Source: Candidatus Kaiserbacteria bacterium
GTDB taxonomy: Bacteria; Patescibacteriota; Minisyncoccia; Phycocordibacterales; UBA2100
Reading direction: 5' to 3'
Assembly: GCA_016217925.1 (NCBI GenBank)
Contig: JACRFK010000003.1
Span: forward strand, 8,364 to 72,363
DNA: 64,000 nt
Shown here: piece by piece, positions 58,508 to 64,000 of the stretch
Position numbering within the stretch: position 1 is the first letter of the stretch
How the letters are laid out: each line of letters opens with the position of its first letter
The notes under the pieces: generated by a model
Seen by the model: only the letters and a program-made list of their open reading frames with translations
The model's database searches: none
Told to the model about the DNA's origin: nothing
Program-made: the position numbers and the translations under genes

Positions 58508-59292
58508 CTGTGTGCCCGACGTTCCCTCATCCACGTGCGTAGCAGTTTGTAGAGGACAAAGACGACAAAGAGGAGGAGGCCATAGAAAAGCACCCGCAGA
58601 TTACAGATAAAGAGCAGCGTGCTCAGAGCGCCGCGCCACAGAGAGCCGAGAATAGAGGCACTTTTCTCGTTGGGCGAGTCGGTGGCGTCACGTGACGTTT
58701 GAGAGGTTGAAGTACCGAGGACCTGCGCTCTCAGACCCTCAGACGCCGCGAGTTGTCTTTTGAGCGCCTCAACGGCACCCTGTCGGACGGATTCCGTCAT
58801 GCCGTAGAAACTTTGCGCTATGTTCGTAACGACAGGAGTCGACGACGCGATAATATTTGTCACGGTGTTGGTGTACTGCGAAAGGGGTGATGGGACGGCC
58901 TCGGCTACTTTGATGCTTACCGAATTCGTTTCAACATTCGCAATGGTGCCGCTTACGCCGGTGACGTTCCGAAGCGATGCGCCGAATGTATGCGTCCCTC
59001 CGGTAGCGGTCCAAGCAGACGAAAGTATTTGTGTTTCTCCGGCAGCGAGCTTGAAATGTTGGGTGCCAATCTCTTTCGTATCGACATTGAATACGACATC
59101 GCCCTCGATTGCGGAGGTACTGCTGTCATAGACGACCGTGTAGATCTTCAGCGTCTCGCCGGCAACTACTTCGGTCTTGGAAAACCAGAGCGATCCGGTG
59201 GCAAATCCGGCGGGCACCGCGCTTGTGGCCGCGAATACAAAGAACGGAAGGAAGGCAAATACTCCGAGAAGTGCGCCAATACGTACTCTCAT
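58501..59292 (-). CDS. Exported Thr/Ser-rich protein with C-terminal membrane anchor, hypothetical
   Basis: Signal peptide MRVRIGALLGVFAFLPFFVFAATSA and C-terminal hydrophobic tail (...LLFICNLRVLFYGLLLFVVFVLYKLL). Confidence 0.45.
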   Translation of the reverse strand: MRVRIGALLGVFAFLPFFVFAATSAVPAGFATGSLWFSKTEVVAGETLKIYTVVYDSSTSAIEGDVVFNVDTKEIGTQHFKLAAGETQILSSAWTATGGTHTFGASLRNVTGVSGTIANVETNSVSIKVAEAVPSPLSQYTNTVTNIIASSTPVVTNIAQSFYGMTESVRQGAVEALKRQLAASEGLRAQVLGTSTSQTSRDATDSPNEKSASILGSLWRGALSTLLFICNLRVLFYGLLLFVVFVLYKLLRTWMRERRAHSY

Positions 59293-59390
59293 ACGTAAAT
59301 GATATACTCGGATATCGTTTAATGCGAATACTATTGAACGATCCAAAATACTCCTTACAGTTCCGCCAGGCAGACCAGCTAGAGCATATT

Positions 59391-59984
59391 ATGAAAAAGA
59401 AAAATATATTCGTCCTTCTCGGACATCCGGATAAGAGCGGTTTTTGTGGTGAAATGGCCGATGCCTACTGCGAAAGCGCACGTGCTGCGGGGCACACGGT
59501 GGAGCGAATGAATATCGGTGAGATGCAATTCGACCCCATCCTCCGTCGTGGTTACCGCGCGCGCCAAGAGCTTGAGCCAGATCTTGCGCGTTTCCAACAA
59601 TTAATCACCGCATGCGAGCATTTTGTCGTCATCCATCCCGTGTGGTGGGTGGGTATGCCGGCGATACTCAAGGGTCTCTTTGACAGAGCGTGGCTTCCGG
59701 GCTCGGCGTTCCGCTATATGAAGTTACCAAACGGCAAGCGCAGCGTCTTTTGGCATCGCCTTATGAGTGGCAAAAGCGCACGCACGATAATCGCAAGTGG
59801 TACGCATCCGTGGATGGTGCGCCTTTTGCCGGGCAACGTGAACGCGCAGCTGAAGTGGGGGATACTGTGGTTCGCCGGATTCTCCGTACGCACGACGTGG
59901 TTCGGACCGTCGGAAAACATTCCCGAAAAATGCAGATCACGCTGGCTCGCGCGCGTTCGGGAGATCGGACGCAAAGGGACATAG
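59391..59984 (+). CDS. Flavodoxin-like-fold NAD(P)H-dependent oxidoreductase (paralog of 34190-34774)
   Basis: ...IFVLLGHPDKSGF..., ...IHPVWWVGMPAILKGLFDRAWLPGSAF... Confidence 0.7.
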   Translation: MKKKNIFVLLGHPDKSGFCGEMADAYCESARAAGHTVERMNIGEMQFDPILRRGYRARQELEPDLARFQQLITACEHFVVIHPVWWVGMPAILKGLFDRAWLPGSAFRYMKLPNGKRSVFWHRLMSGKSARTIIASGTHPWMVRLLPGNVNAQLKWGILWFAGFSVRTTWFGPSENIPEKCRSRWLARVREIGRKGT

Positions 59985-60016
59985 CACCGGCAGTATTTTT
60001 CCGATAGTATAGTCCG

Positions 60017-61117
60017 ATGTCGCTGTCAATTGGTATTGTTGGGTTACCGAACGTCGGGAAATCGACGCTTTTTAATGCTCTTACAAAGAAGGGTGTGCCC
60101 GCGGAAAATTATCCTTTTTGTACCATTGACCCCTCGGTGGGTATCGTCGCCGTACCGGATTTCCGGCTTGATAAACTCGCGGAGATGTCGCATTCAAAGA
60201 AGAAGGTGTCGGCGGTCGTTGAGTTCGTTGATATCGCGGGCCTTGTAAAGGGGGCCTCGCAGGGCGAGGGGCTCGGCAATCAATTCCTCACGCATATCCG
60301 CGAGGTGGACGCGATAGCGGAGGTCGTACGCATGTTCGACGATGAGGATGTGCATCATGTCGCAGGACAAGTGGACCCGCTCTCTGATATCGAGACCATA
60401 GACCTGGAGCTCGTACTCGCCGACATGCAAACCGCGGAGAAGCGGCTTGAGCGCGTCGAGCGTGATTCCAAAGGCGGGGATAAAGAATTCGTGGCGGAGC
60501 GAGATGTGCTTAGGAAGATTGTGCCCGTATTGAAGCAAGGCCGTGCCGCGCGGACCGTGGGGCTTGATGTCAAAGAGCAGGTTGTCGCGAAAAGCCTCCA
60601 CTTGCTCACCATGAAGCCGGTCTTGTACATCCTCAATAGAAAAAGTGGCACGGTGAACGTGGATGCGGAAGGAGGGGATAGGTGGGCAGCCCTCAAACAG
60701 TTCCTCGATTCATCCGCTTCACAATATGTCGTTGTCGATGCGGGGGTGGAGAGCGACTTGTCGGACGTACACGATGATGAACGCGCGGATTTCCGCCGCG
60801 AGCTCGGCGTGCCGAACGACGGGCTCGATGACCTCATCAAAGCGGGATACCGCCTTCTCGACCTCATATCATTCTTTACAACGGGAGAAGACGAATCCCG
60901 CGCGTGGACGATACGGCGGGGCGGGGCGGCACCTGAGGCGGGAGCTGCGATACACACCGACTTCCGCGACAAGTTCATCCGCGCCGAAGTCATCCATTGG
61001 GACAAGCTGTTGGAAGTCGGCTCGTGGAGCAAGGCTCGCGATAAGGGAGTTCTTCGAACGGAAGGGAAAGAATATATTGTTCAAGATGGCGATGTAATGG
61101 AATTCTTGCATAGCTAA
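60017..61117 (+). CDS. ychF: Ribosome-binding ATPase YchF (Obg-like)
   Basis: ...IGIVGLPNVGKSTLFNALT... G1, ...DIAGLV... G3, C-terminal TGS domain. Confidence 0.9.
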   Translation: MSLSIGIVGLPNVGKSTLFNALTKKGVPAENYPFCTIDPSVGIVAVPDFRLDKLAEMSHSKKKVSAVVEFVDIAGLVKGASQGEGLGNQFLTHIREVDAIAEVVRMFDDEDVHHVAGQVDPLSDIETIDLELVLADMQTAEKRLERVERDSKGGDKEFVAERDVLRKIVPVLKQGRAARTVGLDVKEQVVAKSLHLLTMKPVLYILNRKSGTVNVDAEGGDRWAALKQFLDSSASQYVVVDAGVESDLSDVHDDERADFRRELGVPNDGLDDLIKAGYRLLDLISFFTTGEDESRAWTIRRGGAAPEAGAAIHTDFRDKFIRAEVIHWDKLLEVGSWSKARDKGVLRTEGKEYIVQDGDVMEFLHS

Positions 61118-61177
61118 CGTGATGTCATGCCCGCCCCGTAGGAGGCTGTGCTTTCCTGCGAGGGAATTTCTCCATAG

Positions 61178-62185
61178 TTGACATCCGCAGTCTGGCTTGT
61201 ACCATTTCACCATATGGATAAACCAAAGGTAACGCCCAAGGACTTCGTCCTCTGGGTAGGTGCGATGGCCTCGCTCTATGCGGGTGTCGTGGCTTTTATT
61301 ACGCTCGTGTTCGAGTACATTAATAAAGCATTTCCGAATCCAGTTACATCTTCTTACTACTACGGCGATCCGTATTCGAGCAACATCAGCTACGAGACAG
61401 CGGCGCTCATTGTGCTCACGCCGGTCTTCCTCATCCTCATGCGCTTCATCCGGCGCGATATCGCAGCCGACCCATCGCGCAATGATATCTGGGTCCGGCG
61501 CTGGGCGCTCTTCCTCACACTTTTCCTCGCGGGCGCAACCGTTGTCGTGGACCTCATCGTGCTACTCAACACGTACCTACAGGGTGAAGACCTCACCGTA
61601 GGTTTTTTGCTCAAGGTGCTGACCGTCCTTCTCGTCGCAGGCCTCGGCTTCATGCACTTCATCGCCGACCTGTGGGGGTATTGGGAACGTGAACAAGCGC
61701 GCGCACGGATGGTCAATTGGGGCGTCGGCCTGTTGGTCGTGGTCACCATTATCGCGGGATTCTTCATCGTTGGCACTCCGCAGCAGATACGCGCGCAAAA
61801 ACAAGATGCGATACGTGTGCAGGACCTGCAGAACGTCCAGTGGCAGATAGTCAATTACTGGCAACAGAAGGAAAAATTGCCTGCGACGCTTGCCGAACTC
61901 AACGACCCTATCGCCAATAACATCATCCCGGTCGACCCGCAGACCGATGAGGCGTACGAATACGCATCAACGGGCGCACGCTCGTTCAAGCTCTGTGCGA
62001 CGTTCGCGGGCGAGGGCGGTACCAACACTCTGCAAGGACGTTCTGTGCCAATACCCGCTGAGCCCACCTTGGTAACGGGCAAAGATGTTCAGGACAATTG
62101 GCAGCATGCTGCCGGAAAGGTCTGTTTCGACCGCACTATAGACCCACAACGATACCCCCCGTACTCCAAGCAAAAGTCCCTATAA
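61178..62185 (+). CDS. DUF5671-like membrane protein with C-terminal pseudopilin-like globular domain, hypothetical
   Basis: 4 TM, then ...DAIRVQDLQNVQWQIVNYWQQKEKLPATLAELNDP...PVDPQTDEAYEY... Alternative start at 61214 (MDKPK...). Confidence 0.55.
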   Translation: MTSAVWLVPFHHMDKPKVTPKDFVLWVGAMASLYAGVVAFITLVFEYINKAFPNPVTSSYYYGDPYSSNISYETAALIVLTPVFLILMRFIRRDIAADPSRNDIWVRRWALFLTLFLAGATVVVDLIVLLNTYLQGEDLTVGFLLKVLTVLLVAGLGFMHFIADLWGYWEREQARARMVNWGVGLLVVVTIIAGFFIVGTPQQIRAQKQDAIRVQDLQNVQWQIVNYWQQKEKLPATLAELNDPIANNIIPVDPQTDEAYEYASTGARSFKLCATFAGEGGTNTLQGRSVPIPAEPTLVTGKDVQDNWQHAAGKVCFDRTIDPQRYPPYSKQKSL

Positions 62186-62291
62186 AAGCCCAACTGCGTT
62201 GTTGCGGAGCCTCTGAGTCTCACTCACCGTACAACATGTACGCCTCGTGAGCCTCTTTCTCCACGCCTCGCATCTGGGCCCTTATAGTGGC
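62177..62291 (+). ncRNA. Candidate structured RNA / palindromic intergenic element, copy B (upstream of leuS)
   Basis: See copy A. The outer closing stem CCCTATAA...TTATAG(T)GG is shared; copy B has stem GTCTCAC/GTGAGCC where copy A has GATTTCC/GGAAATC. Confidence 0.4.
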
Positions 62292-62327
62292 TTTTTGATT
62301 CAATGTTCTGTATGTTAGGCTACTCCA

Positions 62328-64000
62328 ATGGGAGGTTACGACCACAAGAAAATCGAGAAAAAGTGGCAAAAGAAATGGGAGAAAGACGGCCTCTACAAGA
62401 CACCCGATACATCCAAAGGGAAAGATAATTTTCACCTCCTCGTCGAATTTCCGTATCCTTCGGGCAATCTCCATGTGGGGCACTGGTACGCATTTGCCGT
62501 GCCCGATATTTTGGCCAGGCACTTGCGCATGCAGGGGAAGAACGTTTTGTACCCGATAGGGTTTGATGCCTTCGGGCTTCCGGCTGAGAACGCGGCTATC
62601 AAGAACAAACTCAATCCGCGGAAGTGGACGCTCGGCAATATCGAGTACATGAAGAAGCAAATCCGCTCGATGGGCACCTCATTCGACTGGTCGCGCGAAG
62701 TCGTCACCTGCGACCCCAGCTACTACAAATGGACGCAGTGGCTTTTCCTCCAACTCTTTAAGGCGGGATTGGTCTACCGCAAAGAAACCGCCGTGAATTG
62801 GTGCCCCAAGGATAAGACCGTGCTTGCCAACGAGCAGGTGGTAGACGGCAAGTGTGAGCGGTGCGACAGCGAGGTCGTGCAGAAGCAGATGCTTCAGTGG
62901 AACATCAAAATTACCGACTATGCGGAGCGCCTCATAGGTGACCTCGATGCCCTCGATTGGCCGAAAGAGATAAAGGAATCGCAGAAGAATTGGATAGGCC
63001 GCTCCGAAGGCGCGGAGATAGATTTCCCGCTCACGGGTGCTGTCAAAGACGACTCTCGTTTCCTTTTGTTGCACGGTAGAGAAAGCTCATCAGAAGGGGA
63101 GTACCAGCCGTGGCTCAAAGCCGAACTTGAAAAGCGCGGTTATGAAGTTGAGGTCGTTGATATGCCAAATCCCAGTGAGCCCGATGACGAGGAACAGGCA
63201 GATCATGTAGAGAAACACTGCACACTCGACGAGCGAACGGTCGTCGTCGGGCATTCATTTGGCGGAGTCGTCGCGATGCGCCTCTTGGAGCGAGGAAATA
63301 AAGTCAGGCGCGTTGTGTTCGTCGCGACGGCGGTTTCCGGGAAGTTCTTGGACGGGAAGATCCGCAAGAGCGTTACCAGAGCATGTAAGAAAGGTTTTGA
63401 TTTTGAGAAAATAAAAAAACAGGCGCGTACCTTTATGGTCGTCCCGGACCTCACCGACAAGATAATCCCGATATCCGACGCCGAAGCGTTAGCAAAAAAT
63501 CTAAACGCGATGTATGTGCCCGGCAAGGGGAATTCGCCGCATTTTACCGGCGAGAAAGAGCCGGATGTATTGATGATGTGCGCGCCGACCATTCGAGTAT
63601 TCACAACCCGTGCCGACACGCTCTTTGGCGGTACCTACCTCGTGCTTGCCCCGGAGCATCCTTGGGTGACGCTCGCTCTCGATAACAAACACAATGTCCT
63701 GAAGAATAAGGAAGAAGTGCTGACCTATGTTGGGAAGGCGAAAAAGAAAACGGAAATCGAGCGGCAGGCAGTCGAAAAAGAAAAGACGGGAGTCGAATTG
63801 AAGGGTGTGAAGGCAATCAATCCGGCTACTGGCCGTGAGATTCCGGTGTGGGTGGCAGACTTTGTACTCGGCCACTATGGCACAGGAGCGGTGTTTGCCG
63901 ATGCGCATGACGAACGCGATTTCGCTTTTGCGAAGAAATACGGAATACCGCTCAAGGAAACACTGGAGCCGCTTGTCGTGCGCACATCGGGAGCGGATAC
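62328..64000 (+). CDS. leuS: Leucine--tRNA ligase, 5' portion (continues past the window), carrying an inserted ~190-aa alpha/beta-hydrolase-like domain
   Basis: ...FPYPSGNLHVGHW... HIGH motif, ...NWIGRSEGAEIDFPL..., then the insertion (...FLLLHGRESSSEGEYQPWLK...VVVGHSFGGVVAMRLL...VVFVATA...), then ...VFTTRADTLFGGTYLVLAPEHP... (start of CP1/editing). Reading frame verified codon by codon. Confidence 0.85.
   Translation, partial: MGGYDHKKIEKKWQKKWEKDGLYKTPDTSKGKDNFHLLVEFPYPSGNLHVGHWYAFAVPDILARHLRMQGKNVLYPIGFDAFGLPAENAAIKNKLNPRKWTLGNIEYMKKQIRSMGTSFDWSREVVTCDPSYYKWTQWLFLQLFKAGLVYRKETAVNWCPKDKTVLANEQVVDGKCERCDSEVVQKQMLQWNIKITDYAERLIGDLDALDWPKEIKESQKNWIGRSEGAEIDFPLTGAVKDDSRFLLLHGRESSSEGEYQPWLKAELEKRGYEVEVVDMPNPSEPDDEEQADHVEKHCTLDERTVVVGHSFGGVVAMRLLERGNKVRRVVFVATAVSGKFLDGKIRKSVTRACKKGFDFEKIKKQARTFMVVPDLTDKIIPISDAEALAKNLNAMYVPGKGNSPHFTGEKEPDVLMMCAPTIRVFTTRADTLFGGTYLVLAPEHPWVTLALDNKHNVLKNKEEVLTYVGKAKKKTEIERQAVEKEKTGVELKGVKAINPATGREIPVWVADFVLGHYGTGAVFADAHDERDFAFAKKYGIPLKETLEPLVVRTSGAD

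Noticed and set aside
62186-62327. T-box riboswitch upstream of leuS
   Set aside because: No T-box consensus (AATTAGGGTGGNACCGCG-like) and no specifier-loop architecture; the region is instead occupied by the repeated ~115-nt element.
63045-63600. Intein inside LeuS
   Set aside because: The insertion lacks the N-terminal Cys/Ser and C-terminal His-Asn plus nucleophile and has no Hint/endonuclease blocks. It has a GxSxG hydrolase elbow instead.

Overview
High-GC (~60%) bacterial chromosomal segment with tightly packed housekeeping genes, mostly on the + strand. In order it carries: (1) a complete mevalonate-pathway operon with archaeal-type enzymes (two GHMP kinases, diphosphomevalonate decarboxylase, class-I-like HMG-CoA reductase, archaeal-type HMG-CoA synthase, thiolase, a DUF35-like OB-fold protein fused to a guanylate-kinase-like P-loop domain, IDI) beside uppS; (2) ppsA, cspA, hpf and a convergent def-fmt pair; (3) an extra mreB paralog followed by an IS200/RAYT-like HuH transposase bracketed by hairpin inverted repeats; (4) frr-rseP-proS-mreBCD-mrdA-greA-glpX-fba; (5) tRNA clusters, prs, guaA; (6) a dcw fragment (mraZ-rsmH-ftsL-like-ftsI); (7) an ArsR regulator bracketed by palindromic repeats; (8) gloA, a PfkB kinase and ahcY; (9) the F1Fo ATP synthase operon atpBEFHAG-(inserted ORF)-DC with short delta and epsilon; (10) secreted and membrane proteins, ychF, and leuS running off the end. 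Gene content (archaeal-type mevalonate enzymes, minimal delta-prime, truncated ATP synthase delta/epsilon, abundant small membrane and secreted hypotheticals) is consistent with a reduced-genome lineage such as Patescibacteria/CPR, but the sequence alone does not settle this. The most unusual signals are: (a) a ~31-bp double-palindrome mini-element present nearly identically, in-frame and in both orientations, inside atpA, fba and rsmH, encoding Gly/Ser-rich loops; (b) LeuS carrying a ~190-aa alpha/beta-hydrolase (GxSxG, YdeN/RBBP9-like) domain inserted at the catalytic/CP1 junction; (c) a ~115-nt intergenic element present twice with compensatory stem changes, suggesting a structured RNA; (d) a second palindromic hairpin family (CCCCGTTAGAAG arms), one copy of which occludes the ahcY start codon; and (e) the DUF35-like/guanylate-kinase-like fusion inside the mevalonate operon. 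No rRNA and no CRISPR array were found.
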